A stretch of DNA of 63,724 nucleotides, the filler included, from Neolecta irregularis DAH-3 (lineage: Eukaryota): the NCBI GenBank assembly GCA_001929475.1. It is 12 parts of 12 records of this genome, joined end to end, with 100 filler letters (N's around TTAATTAATTAA, not from the genome) between each part and the next. Parts side by side here need not be neighbours in the genome. Positions count along the whole stretch, not along the records: positions 48,819 to 52,377 come from LXFE01003471.1; positions 52,478 to 54,941 come from LXFE01003475.1; positions 55,042 to 58,646 come from LXFE01003479.1; positions 58,747 to 59,788 come from LXFE01003487.1; positions 59,889 to 62,201 come from LXFE01000384.1; positions 62,302 to 63,724 come from LXFE01003491.1; 6 more parts are not named here. One strand, given 5' to 3'. A program made the translations under genes and the position numbers. The notes beneath the pieces were generated by a model that did not search any database, was not told where the DNA came from, and saw nothing but the letters and a program-made list of their open reading frames with translations. Shown here piece by piece: positions 48,819 to 63,724 of the stretch; the stretch's first letter is position 1; every line of letters starts with the position of its first letter.

Positions 48819-49080
48819 TCCCCTACTCACTTCCTCTCGCTCTCCTGCCAATTACTGCCCCGTCCTCCTTGCCCATTATCGCCTCCTCGCCCGTTACTAC
48901 TCCCCTCCTTGCTTGTTAGCGCCCCGCCCTCTGGCCTGTTATCGCCTGTTATCACCTGCCCTCCTCGCCGTTATTGCCCTGCACTCCTCGCCCATTACAA
49001 CTCCCCCTCCTGGTCCGTTATCGTCCCTGCCCTCTCGCCTGTTACTGCCCGCCCTCCTAACCAAACCGTTTCCTGCAGGC
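48819..49080. repeat. C/T-rich degenerate minisatellite
   Basis: Recurring CTCCTCGCCC, GTTATCGCC and TTACTGCCC words. Confidence 0.75.
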
Positions 49081-49353
49081 GCCGAAAGTGTGATTGTTAT
49101 GCGAGAATAACCGATTTTTGACTGTTCTCGCCAGCGATACAGATCGATCTGCGAGGGGTAATGACATAATTTGGCATCGCCTATTATTAGCAGCTAGTTC
49201 AGCTGCCAGATGAAGAACACAGCACATGTTCTATTATTGTCAACGAGGTGATTCAAATAAACGATGGTATATCACCACCAGACAATCAAAATGATAAAGC
49301 CAAAACTAGCTTTGATTCCTGTATACACCAATTCCATCAAATCATTTTTCGAG

Positions 49354-52224
<2,871 letters not shown>

Positions 52225-52312
52225 GTTTAATTGACATGATTATAATATCGAAATCATCATTATCGATATCATCATCATTATCAATACCATCATAATTAAT
52301 ATTAATCAATAT

Positions 52313-52377
52313 CAATACTCAATACTCAATACTCAATACTCAATACTCAATACTCAATACTCAATACTCAATACTCA
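52313..52377. repeat. Heptamer microsatellite (CAATACT)n at contig end
   Basis: About 9 perfect units running into the linker. Confidence 0.95.
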
Positions 52378-52972
52378 NNNNNNNNNNNNNNNNNNNNNNN
52401 NNNNNNNNNNNNNNNNNNNNNTTAATTAATTAANNNNNNNNNNNNNNNNNNNNNNNNNNNNNNNNNNNNNNNNNNNNGTGGCTGAAAATTTGAGCGATTC
52501 GAGTTCGGCGAGCACCTACCCGCCCGGGCGGGCGGATGGCCACACTGCTTATTAGGCTGAGCACAAGCATATAGGGCTTTCTGTGATCGTATGGGTCGAG
52601 TATAGAAATAGGAATACAATTGGCTATCTAACAAGAGAGAAAATAGGCATCAAGGCTTCCTAAGGAGAAACAAGAGAATAGGAGAGGGAAGGCAGAACTC
52701 GAGGGAGGCNNNNNNNNNNGCTGCTTATAAGGCTGAGCACAAGCATATAGGGCTTTCTGTGGTCGTACGGATCGAGTATAGAAATAGGAATACAATTGGC
52801 TATCTAACAAGAGAGAATGTAGGCATCAAGGCTTCCTAAGGAGAAACAAGAGAATAGGAGAGGGAAGGCAGAACTCGAGGGAGGCTTTGCATCCCTAGCT
52901 AGATACCTTAAATAGAAAAATGAAACTGAAAAATAAGAAAAGTGAAAAACCGCACTATCCTCGTAACAGACA

Positions 52973-54941
52973 TCAATGTTGAGTAATGACATCAACTACA
53001 GCACCTCGTGAAGACTTCACGATATTTTCAAACATTTTAGTGGTAAAATGTTTCATTTTGAGTTCTTCGTCCAAGGTGAAATCGCTTTGCTGAACCTTGT
53101 AAACCCATGATAATACGAATGCCATCATATCGCGTATTACATTTCCCGGAAGGTTTTGGTTAAATTCTACGTGGTTTCCATCTGCTAATGCGCTTGCAAT
53201 GTGCCCGACCACTGCAATCGCTGCTTGTTGCTGAGGCTCAGACTCTTACAATTTGCTTTTACTTATATCTTCACGTTTTATCTGAATTCCTAAGTTGGTA
53301 CTGCCCTGTGGCTGCTGAATCTTCGTCGTTCCGGGCACACGATGAAGTAGACGATCTGACTGTTTCAGGTATATATGACTTGCGAGATTTGCTCTCATTT
53401 CTGCTCGGTCAAAGGTACCATCTGCAGATATGTATGTGATCTCGTCATTACCATTTCCAGCTTCAGTTATTGTACCATAGTGACCTAGCCCAAATGAAGC
53501 GACCAATACTCGAGGGGATAGATTATCTTCAAAAGGAGAGTTGTTTATGGCAAAGTAATAAGCGCTGGAATAATACGAATGAGTATTTTGGGGTCCGTAC
53601 AACTTGAGAAAGAGCAATACAAGTGGACCAAAGCTAGTCGAATGTTGAGGACTTGGAAAACTCCATGACTTGAGTGCCTTTACAAGTGACTTTCTATCGA
53701 GAATATTCGATGGTAAAACTTGCTCTTCTGGACTCGAGGATCTAGGACCGATAACACTCTCCGTTCGTCCGGCAGCTTGTCCGCACTCCCGAATAAACAT
53801 CCCAAGATCGTCATGCATGGCATCAGCATATTTGTGGAAATAGTCATCCTTTGTACATTCAGTGCAAGGATGTCCAAGGAAAGCGAGAGATAATCGGTCA
53901 ACAGGGGTCACAAAATTGGATGGAGGGACGAGACTAGAATATCAGACAACTTTTCAAATCCCACCTCCATACTCATATAGTGACCGTAAATGATAAATGC
54001 CGTCCAGTTGTATATGGGGTGGCATTGGAACAGCAAATTGTTGGGCCACCGATGCTTTAAAACCAAAGTGGAAGCATTTGAGTTTCTCTTCGACATCTGC
54101 CAAAAGGAATGAGTGACAGAAATATGGGGCATTGAAGCATTCTGCAGCACAAACATCTTCTGGAGTGTGAGTGTTCAAGATTTCCACATCTTTTTCGTCG
54201 CAGATAGTCATAACATGAACGGCATAGGGTACGCCATTGAAAAGCGCTCTCGTGTCCGCAATCTCATCAACCTTGTTGAATAGATTAAGGAACTGGCTTG
54301 CATGGAAATCTTGGAGTACAACGCGATGAAAACGAAAATCGTCAACATGGTTTGTGATAAGCAGAAAGATGTGGACGTCTCATGTTTAAATATCTTTTTG
54401 ACCGAGACATCACCGGAAAGAGCAAATGGCTGAGACTTATTCAACGTAGTGCTCCCGATTGTGCGAATGTGGGTGGGAGGCTGAATCCATCTGAAATTTC
54501 TGTTACAATTCTGTCTGTACACAGAAAGCTCTGGCTAAATGTCTGTCATTTGAAGATGAGACAGCTCATTTTCCGTGCCTTTCCACAGACTTCTGAAACA
54601 GTTTCGATTGATGCTACCTGGCCTGTTCCAGAGCATTGGTCAGCGGACTTCTTATATCTACTGAGATATTAGCTTGTTGCACCATTGGGCATATTACCGA
54701 GCATTCGGGCAGGGGATATTAGTGCCGCTAGTGCTATAGACCCATACCTGGTTACAAATATGTTCAGACATCCAAACAACACCTTAGCCATTCGTAGAAT
54801 ATTTCTTTTCTTCTCATCAGATACTAGACGATACGAATAGTTTCTCACCTATGATAAATTTTGGAGGATTGGCTCTTGGATAATATGCAGTGTAGATGTT
54901 ATTGTCAGTTTTGTAGACTCTGAACATCCTCAACATTGCTT
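52973..54941 (-). CDS. Intron-rich orphan gene, probably 5'-truncated; boundaries approximate
   Basis: Consecutive minus-strand ORFs (52973-53212, 53246-53911, 53954-54370) separated by intron-like gaps; a related fragment lies at 58490-58640. Confidence 0.5.
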
Positions 54942-55598
54942 NNNNNNNNNNNNNNNNNNNNNNNNNNNNNNNNNNNNNNNNNNNNTTAATTAATTAANNN
55001 NNNNNNNNNNNNNNNNNNNNNNNNNNNNNNNNNNNNNNNNNACCAAGGCCCACTGATAATTAGAAATATATTGGAATGACCTTTACTTTCATCACAGGTG
55101 CCTTTGGTGTAATTAGAAGTAATCAGTATATGAGGCATGTACCCAGAAATGAACAGTTTTGGGGCCAATAGGCGAACTCATAAATGCCGCAAAGCGTGAA
55201 GCATGAGGCGCTGTTGCTGCTGCCATTGCAAACAACAGGCGGAGAGGTAACGATAAGACGAAATGCACGTTACTATAGAGTCGTGGATGGAAATCACGTG
55301 AAACCTACTCCAGCCTGCCCCGTTTAGACATTGGCGGTCCCTAGAAGCACCAAATCCAAGTAGGTTTGCTGACATTGAGAGCAGGATATCAACCTGGGGC
55401 ATATTGACATTTAAAATGCCAACTAATTCTCCCTAATTGAAAATCTAAGCGCCATTANNNNNNNNNNATTTATAAGCGCTTGGAAACGCCTGTTGAAGAC
55501 CTGGGGCATATTGACATTTAAAATGCCAACTAATTCTCCCTAATTGAAAATCTAAGCGCCATTAATAACGATTCCAATTCTTTATAAGCGTCTGAGAA

Positions 55599-57619
55599 CT
55601 ATGCCGTGAAATAACCATTCAACCAAGCCCAGTTCCTATCAACAGCCGAGAACAGACGAAATCTCTCTCTTGCATCAGCATTTATTGACCGTTCCTTCAA
55701 CAGGACTTCTACCAAATTACATGCTTTAGGCATCATTTCGTCTTCGGAAAACTCAGGTGTTCGACGAATTATAACCAAAGTTGATTCTATCAGATGCCAA
55801 TCCTCATCATTGGCCTCGGCAGAGTTCATAATGATATAAAGAGTGAAAGCGACTGTAGATACTACGGGCGTATTTATCATCCACATTCGGCCAAAATAGC
55901 GGAACCATTGCAACTTCTCTCCATACGCATCAAGAACGTGAAGGGTATGCATAGATCGACGACAAGCATTGATGGCTCGGTCCTTTGAACGTACTTGATA
56001 GCGGAAATACGGTAAATGCAGTATAAGTAGAGTTCTACACAGCGCTGCTTCAATGCACAACTGCCACCAAACTGATGATATTTCAGTTTCGTATTCGTTG
56101 AGATATAGTTGTTCAGGGAGATCGCCGAACCATAATTCAAGGTCGTCATCGAGTTCCTCGACTAGGCAATATTCGGTACGTCGAGGAGAGAAGATTCTGC
56201 AGTATACATCGCCCATTTTGGTAGCAAGATTTTCAAATTCATTGCAAAACTCGAACCGGATACAATCCTGGTGAGATGAACCATCAATTATCGGATCATA
56301 AGTTGGCGGAAGGCAGTCTGAGCCACGAAAATCTAGTTGACATGGCAAACCTTGATCGTGCGAAATTAAGCTTGACATCAGTGAAAAGAAAAACGAAGTG
56401 ATACCAATTGATTCCACATGTTGTTTGCCATATTCTACGGCGCATCTGCCATTCCTCTTTGGGAAGAGAGAGATATGATGGATCTCGATGCAACCTTGAC
56501 GATGAGCGACGTGTCACCAGGATGAAGATGGGATTTTTACCCAAGACTCAAAGCAGTTGCAGCCATTATTATGTTCCACATCCAAGTACTAGCTGGCGTC
56601 AGTATCACACTGCTATAGAACTGTACAAGGAAGCATGACATCATAATTTTGTTGATTAGCAACCAACAGTTGCAACAAAGTATAATCATAGTTTTGCATG
56701 ACGTTCTCCATCTCAAGGCATTCGGCAATCCCTTCTTGAATGGCCTTTCGGTATTCCAACCTTGGCATCCTCATAACCTCTGATATCAACTTCAAGGATG
56801 GTTCGGATTCGCTAGGGTACATTCTTAGGGTGATAGAACAGATGCATAATATAAGAGCGAGGAAGAATGGAGATATATCTCCTGTCTCCCAGAATTTCTT
56901 ATAATTCTTGAAAAAGAAATTTCCATCAATTGTAAACTTGCTTAGAGAATAGGTGTCGTGATAACTGTAGATAAGAGTATCTGTAATTGATTTTGGAGGA
57001 AGGAGGCTCGAGATTATTGAATGGAGCCTCCTTTCATCTTTTGTTACCGGGTTAATTGGCTCGGTACGAAACTGGTCTATGGGAGTGAAAGCGTATACAG
57101 TTTCGAAATCCTTAACATTCATTAGCAAGTGTTATAACGTTGGGTTTACCCAGCCGGGCCGGCCAGGTTTGAACCCAGCATATCTTTGTTTCCCATCTAT
57201 AATATCTAATGATCCCAAAGATTCTAGGTTTATGATTATATTTGTATCGGACTTGTCCGGCGTGGGAGCCAATTGACTCGAAATCGATTGATCCGAGTGA
57301 ATTACTGGCATCTTTTGATTCCGAGTCAGCTCAGCCAATTTCTGGCTGGTTTTTGCAAGGCGAGTTAGGATCTCTGAATCCTGAATTAAAACTTCAGACC
57401 TTGCACAGTTGTCAATCAAAGATATAAAATGATTGATGATGGTATTTACGGATCTTCATATTCACATTTTTCAGCCCTCTTTTTGCAGTTCGTGCATGGA
57501 AGATTTCGAGAGCAGCCCACACGTCGTTTGCGGCAGGACAAGCAGCTCAGATGTCTCCGGTTGCGCCGTCGACGAGCAAGGTCGCTGGGTCCTTCATCAG
57601 CGTTATCAGAAGACAACAT
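55599..57619 (-). CDS. Zn(II)2Cys6 fungal transcription factor with fungal-specific TF middle domain
   Basis: First exon, absent from the ORF track: MLSS...RRHLSCLSCRKRRVGCSRNLPCTNCKKRAEKCEY. Later ATALSLG/LHRDPS and EWQMRRRIW. Confidence 0.92.
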
Positions 57620-58489
57620 CTCGCAGAAATCAGCTCTTTGGAGAAACCAGGCAACTTTTCAAATTCTAAATCAAATTCGGTTTCATATATTGCACTAGTA
57701 ACGCAGGGGAGCAGCCAATCAGATTAGGAGATAGGAAGCCTGGTTGATTTCTTTTCAGAAATGTCGTAACGCTGCTTTGCCAGCATCAAAATATAGCACC
57801 GGCCACGCCAAGAACATTAGTTCTTACCAGACACGTTGTAAGAATGTGCCCTTCAGGTACACCTTACCAATACGGCAAGAGGCGTAGAATCATCTTGCGG
57901 CCTTTATGGCCGGTTATAAACTTGATGTAATTAGAATACCTAGCCTGAGATACAACACTGGTGATCTGGCGGCAGCGGGGCCGCGAGCAGGTGCAGGCAG
58001 TGCGCGAGTACTCGGACCGGTGGCAGGCGCAGCAGAGCAGCCGGGCCAGGGCAGGCGCGGCGAGGGCTCTGCGGGCGGCGGGCAGGAAGCGGCGGGCGTC
58101 CAGGGTTGGATCGGGGGTTAGGGCTAGGGTGGGACGTCCTGGGCCATGGCAGTCAGTCTGGGTTAGGGTTAGCACCCTGTACTCAACTTCAATACATTCA
58201 AAACCCATACTCTCCTAATAAATCACCACAACCTAAACATTTATTTCAACAGATACCTGCCCACTACTGAAGTCGAAGAAGTGGCCTATTCCAGACACGA
58301 TCACATCAAGGTATGATAAACGTTAGGCAGCAAGGTCGCCTTTTCAATATCCCCTAATACATATATTTAAAGAGCAATTCTTTGCACTGGCAAACTTCAA
58401 CCACCTCTATGCCCCTCACCGTCCCATATCTCTGCATTCCAATCGTACCCTACTCACCCTCCTTCACAAAATGAAAGACCAAGACTAGA

Positions 58490-58640
58490 GAAATACAAAC
58501 GATCCATCTATGCTCTGGAGCAGGTCACGTGGCAGCATCACAGTCTGAGCATAATATTTCCGAAGTCTGGAAAGGATCCAGGTGAGCAAGCCTCTTCTCC
58601 AAATCCGGAGCTTTGTTGCAGATGGATTCAGCCTCTGACC
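58490..58640 (+). pseudogene. Degenerate paralog fragment of the 52973-54941 gene
   Basis: KYKRS../CSGAGHVAAS..ISEV and DGFSL match RYKKSADQCSGTGQVASIETVSEV and DGFSL at about 54480-54660 (minus strand), with a frameshift. Confidence 0.55.
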
Positions 58641-58978
58641 TAAATCNNNNNNNNNNNNNNNNNNNNNNNNNNNNNNNNNNNNNNNNNNNNTTAATTAATT
58701 AANNNNNNNNNNNNNNNNNNNNNNNNNNNNNNNNNNNNNNNNNNNNAGTGTGTGGCTGAACCTGTTCAGTTGCTTAAGCCTAACTATCTTTGCCATACTG
58801 GGGGATCAAGTTACCTAGGACTGCGATTACGACACTGCCTTTCATTAGTCTTGGGAGCAATCCTTTGAGACTGCTGCTAGGTTAAAGAGAAGGAAATAGA
58901 ACCATGACGATCAGCGAGCACAGAAGCTCCACATATCGTCACTAATCAGCTTCTATAGAGAGGAGCCGGTTACAACGC

Positions 58979-59647
58979 ATTCACCTGTTTGTACATATAT
59001 CATGATTAAAAAGGAAAACCGAAATGGCAGAAGTAGTCAAACTGGACCTACCACCACCAGGGCCATCGAAAATCTATAGCGATGGATCCAGAGAATATGA
59101 ACTGGAAGCCATTCTCAACTGTAAAAGGGCCAGGAATGGGTATATATACCTGGTAAGGTGGAAAGGTTACCGCCTGAGGACAATTCGTGGGTAAGAAAAT
59201 TGGAGTTAAGCAGAACTGCCCCAAGATTACTAAAGGATTGGGACTCTGCTCACATTTCAAGGGGGGGACTGTAAGGAGCACGCTTTGGTGGCTAGAATGA
59301 ATACCAAATGTGGTATAGTGGCGGAAGGCCCCATCAGGTTCTGGGCCCTTCCAGTATATTCTGTAGCCACTAATTAGTGGCATTAATGTATTATAAGTAG
59401 ATAGGCTTGCACTGCCAGTACCCTTGTCTTATTACAAGAGTACTGATGTGCAAGGTAAATATAGGTCTTATTACAAGAGTACTGACATGCAAGATACCCA
59501 GTAGATACTGCAAGTATCTTACATATCTAAGGGAAAATTCTGGGTTCTTGTTATTGTTGGGTTATTTGAGACTGTCAATCAGTTATCTTGAAGGATTGAG
59601 GAGTTCTGCAAAGTATACCAGGTTTAGCAAGTTTGGTTAACTTTACA
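58979..59647 (+). mobile_element. Degenerate Ty3/Gypsy chromovirus 3' end: integrase tail, chromodomain, PPT and 3' LTR
   Basis: IHLFVHIS*LK, then EYELEAILNCK...YLVRWKGY/PEDNSW (frameshift near 59170), polypurine tract AAGGGGGGGA at 59259-59268 and LTR start TGTAAG at 59270. LTR end is either 59523 (CTTACA) or 59647 (TTTACA). Confidence 0.88.
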
Positions 59648-60777
59648 TAACCTGGTTCGGCAAACTAATGAAGAGTTAATTTGTCGATATTTGGCTCCCA
59701 ATGTGGGGCTTCTCATCATCCCTGCAGGATCCTTTTCGATTAAGAGTCTCAGTTAAAGAAAGTTAAGGTTGGATATGTCAGATTCAGCNNNNNNNNNNNN
59801 NNNNNNNNNNNNNNNNNNNNNNNNNNNNNNNNTTAATTAATTAANNNNNNNNNNNNNNNNNNNNNNNNNNNNNNNNNNNNNNNNNNNNTATTTGTCGCTC
59901 TGCTCTTTCCGTTGTTACCAGCCTGCTGCTGGCAGCTATTTAAAGAGCTGGTTTACTGTCTTCGTAGCTGGCCAATTGTATTACTGTATTTCCGTTTCTA
60001 ACTCTTGACGGCCCAAGAGACTGAAATCCAATACCACCGTGCTCACCAATCAACAATTTATTATCCTATAAACGCCTGCAACATCTAACTACACCCTGCG
60101 TGCAACAAGCTCATTGGCTTTTCTGAGGGACCGGCCTGGCCCATGGACTATGTGAAGCCCGGTTTGTCTCAACCTCACACCTCCTTCAGATTCGCTAGGG
60201 ACAGTGATATGTGGGTGTATTAACCCAATATATCACTAGTAAAATCATTCACATGATACTAAACATGTGAGGGATTGCAAAGAAATGATACAAATTATTT
60301 TGCACCAAGAATCTGCAGCACGGCTGTCACTTAGCAGCAACAGCAGCACAACAATTCGCTATGGAAAGAAAAATGAATGTCTCAAAATTCCTTTTATTGA
60401 TGAGAAAAGGTTTTTATCTGCAATGAAGCGATTAAACACTCTTCTTTCTTAATACTCACTTTACCAGTCCAAGAGAATATGTTGTCAAAAGATGAAAGTG
60501 CTCGAACTCTTTTGCTGCGCCTCTGAAATTTACTTTTGACGAAAAGATGAATCACGTTTATCCGACATCTATTCGTTCTCTGTTCCCTCATATTTCGAAT
60601 TGTAAATGCGCGATGACAGAATTCAAATTACCAGACGTTGACGGCTTGTTTGAGGCAGGAGCGCTTGTCACCCTCCACGATATCTTTCCTGGCGTTACCA
60701 TAACCAAATTAATATAAAATGATTTCTATCTGGCCATTTCATTTGGTTCAAATTCTAGGATATTCTTATTGATATAG

Positions 60778-61243
60778 TCAATTGGGTATTGCTAGGATAA
60801 ATGCTTTTTCGCAGGAAGGGGGGATCTCGGACTCTGTCCATCCCCAAAACTTGACACCGTCGCCCCATCCCTCATCAGGATCACATAGCAACCATGTCAA
60901 GCCATTTACCACCAATTCTCCATCGACGATTTCGAATTTGGCATCCTTGCCTCCTCGAGTAGTAATCCAACCGGTGTTGCCGACGCTGTATTCTGCATAA
61001 CTTTTGTATATATGGCCGTCGTCGATTGTATAGTCATCGCCCAAGAAGTATTTTGCTTCTAGGAATTTTTCTCGGGAGACAAAGACAAATGTTGGGTGGG
61101 AAGTATGACCGTACGAGTAATACATGTCGCCATTTAGAGTGATGCCAATTATTCTGTATAGGGAATCCTAGCCTTAGTGTGTTCGAACGAGGGCATACGC
61201 ATGATGCGAGCAAGAAGAAGGAAACCAGGATGAGGATATGCAT
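60778..61243 (-). CDS. Small secreted protein, 2 exons (31-nt intron 61168-61198)
   Basis: Signal peptide MHILILVSFFLLASC splices in frame to DSLYRIIG...; FEIVDGEL, WLLC, FWG and PPSC motif layout. Confidence 0.8.
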
Positions 61244-61828
61244 GACGATTGGGATAAATGTTATAAATGGGAGCGGATGTTATAAAGGAGAGCGGGGTTT
61301 GATACTGCAGTTAATGGAATGTCTGAGGATACTAGTCTTACAGTCTGGCATTTGAATAAGATCCAATGATTCAGATCTAGCATCTTCGTCAATAATGGAA
61401 TGATTTGAATGGATATTAAATTAATATCCAAGAAATTACATAAGCACCAACGTCGAGTCGTCACACCGTCAAGAATCGTCGGGGGTAACGCATCGTTCTC
61501 TTCTCCAACCGAGGAATTTTTTCATGGAGGAGTGTTCTGGGGTAGTCATGTCGCAATAGAAAGGAGAAGAGAGGCAGGAGTAGCGGCGGGGCGTGGCGGT
61601 CAAGCACTCGAGCTTGTGCTCTTCGGGCAGCTCGTCGCCCTCGGCCAGCAGCAGCGCGTCGAGCGAGTACTCAACCTGGCGGATGTAGTCCTCGACCAGT
61701 AGCTTCGTACAGCCTCGGGTTACCCATGTACGCCAGGTTGCGGCTTGGCACCATGTGCAGCAGGAACTCCAGCTGGCCATGTCCCGCGCCTGCTGCTTCC
61801 AAGTCTGAGGAAAGGGTTTGTGGGGTCC

Positions 61829-61993
61829 CGAGGATACCGGGTCTCCTGGGTGGGGGAGAGGGTGCCGACGAGGGCGGATAGGTCACGAGGATACCGGGTC
61901 TCCTGGGGGGAGAAGGTGCCGACGAGGGCGGATAGGTCACGAGGATACCGGGTCTCCTGGGGGAAGAAGGTGCCGACGAGGGCGGATAGGTCA
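61829..61993. repeat. GC-rich minisatellite, three units of 57/54/54 bp
   Basis: Unit cgaggataccgggtctcctggg...gtgccgacgagggcggataggtca repeated three times. Confidence 0.95.
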
Positions 61994-62473
61994 ATGGTAG
62001 GGCAGACGGCGAAGGAGAAAGGCGATGACTGCGAGGTGGTCAGGGAAGACGAGGGCGGCAAAGAGGGATGACAGGGCGGTCGAGGGGCAGCAGGCCAGGC
62101 ACAGTGCAGGCGCTGGGACAGGGCGCAGGAGGCGAGGGAATGGACATGTAGGTGTATCAAACACAGCTGTAGACATTGTCTATGAGTCTGATGATGAGGT
62201 CNNNNNNNNNNNNNNNNNNNNNNNNNNNNNNNNNNNNNNNNNNNNTTAATTAATTAANNNNNNNNNNNNNNNNNNNNNNNNNNNNNNNNNNNNNNNNNNN
62301 NATCGATTACAAGGCATGGAAAATGCCACTGGGTACAACCGCGATTATTTATTTACTTCAAGAGAAAGAAAACAATTGACATGGGGACCTTGCAGCAATA
62401 CAATCCAAGTCTGGTCTTTTCCGCCGTAACTGAGAATTCAACGTTTGTTTCTTCACTTTGACGATTCCTTCTA

Positions 62474-63528
62474 TCATGGGTTTTCGGTTTGAACTATTTC
62501 ACCATCTGTTTTAGTGGATTCTTTAGTAGACCTTGATTCTAACGTGACTCGGGTGTGAATCGGTTCTTTGGATAGGGCGACAATAAGGTCACCCATTGAC
62601 ATCTCGATGTTGAGTTTGACCAAGTTGAACCCCGGAAGAAACTGGAAGTAGAGGTAGTCAATGTGAGACCACATCGATCCGCCAAGAATAACATTCAAAA
62701 TTAACGAAACGATAACAATGCGCACATTGAAACGGATAAGAGTCTCGTAATTCCTGAATCCGAAACCCTTGAGCTTAGTGTGAACGAGATGAATGAAGTA
62801 GAAATTGAGCCCTGCATCGATGAAGAGATAAGAAATCTTTTCGATACGATTCACGGTCGATTTGACAGCGATAAAATGCCCTGATGTATTCTGAACTGAA
62901 GCATTCGAGAAGGGAAATCCGACTATATTGATGCACAGGACAAGTGCTGCAATTCCATATTTCAACCATAGTCTATGTTTACGAAGTGGGAATAGTAGGC
63001 AGACTCGATTTATGATTATTTGCATGAGGAAGTGNNNNNNNNNNGATTCGAGAAGGGAAATCCGACTATATTGATGCACAGGACAAGTGCTGCAATTCCA
63101 TATTTCAACCGTAGTCTATGTTTACGAAGTGGGAATAGTAGGCAGACTCGATTTATGATTATTTGCATGAGGAAGTGCAGTTGAATCAACCAGGAAACGA
63201 GGAAACTTAACCGAACTGTATATATTGGAGAGATTGCACCGATAACACGTAACCACGAAGCAGTGGAGAAGATCATAATTGTGACAAATTCAACCCACAA
63301 CATAAATGCGTACATATTCATCTTTGCGATTCGCTTATGTTGTCGAATTATATGCCTTTTGGGGTTAATAATCTTCTGCTAAACGGCATACCAGACTACG
63401 AAGTATGCGAATCCCAAGTTCCAGCCCCACATCAAAGTGCCGGAGACTACATCAAGGTTTGTAGAATGCTGACCCCATGGTCCCAGGTGTTCTTGCACGT
63501 TATCGAGTGGTGATATAGAGATATTCAT
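62474..63528 (-). CDS. Conserved fungal multi-pass integral membrane protein; spans a gap with duplicated flanks
   Basis: About seven hydrophobic segments; motifs LMQIIINRV, RIEKISYLFIDAGLNFYF and LVKLNIEMSM. Confidence 0.75.
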
Positions 63529-63724
63529 AATGAATGATTCGATAATTGAGGAAACAGGGAACACGATAAAAGAGTGCTAGTAAAAGGAACTTGAAGATGT
63601 AAGATAGTCAAAGTTCTGAAGAACTTTGGGGAAATTTGAGGCAACTTATAGAAGGGTTTATAAGGGGGTTTTCTTTGCTTTCGATACGAAAACAAGATGT
63701 CAGTCATCTGATCGCTGCCCGAAA

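Noticed and set aside
52540-52885. Approximately 175-bp tandem duplication
   Set aside because: Straddles a 10-N gap; cannot be distinguished from an overlap artefact. The same applies at 55395-55565 and 22215-22280.
60088-60222. Possible structured ncRNA (TACACCC...GGGTGTA closing stem)
   Set aside because: Only 7 bp of complementarity and no complete RNase P/MRP, SRP or snRNA motifs; would need an Infernal/Rfam search.

Overview
Eukaryotic (ascomycete fungal) genomic DNA from a draft pseudo-scaffold. Twelve contigs are joined by eleven artificial 100-nt N44-TTAATTAATTAA-N44 linkers, and several 10-N gaps have locally duplicated flanks, so adjacency across linkers is unproven. The genome is very compact, with unusually short introns (mostly 31-45 nt); the gene content and style suggest a Taphrinomycotina-like fungus such as Neolecta, which is inference only. 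The supplied ORF track ignores introns, so gene models were rebuilt by hand. Recognisable genes: Ars2/Serrate, RPAIN-like, PEX19, SelO/FMP40, BuGZ/ZNF207, HRQ1 (partial), TilS-like (partial), WDR48/UAF1, a NAT8-like GNAT, cytoplasmic dynein heavy chain, SEC14, a SpoU methyltransferase, RAD18, CHMP7/Cmp7 (partial), AFG2, a Zn2Cys6 transcription factor and a multi-pass membrane protein. The window also has small secreted proteins (a 6-Cys CFEM protein, two Cys-containing secreted proteins), orphans, a butanediol-dehydrogenase-like pseudogene, a solo LTR with target-site duplication and a chromovirus remnant. Most notable observations: (1) an orphan gene bracketed by 108-bp inverted repeats and followed by a broken paralog; (2) an intron built largely from telomeric CCCTAA repeats that double as CTAAC branch points, inside a GC-rich island; (3) a 3-nt microexon needed to restore the PWCxxC motif of BuGZ; (4) ultra-short introns with degenerate or GC donors; (5) a dispersed G-rich degenerate minisatellite family.
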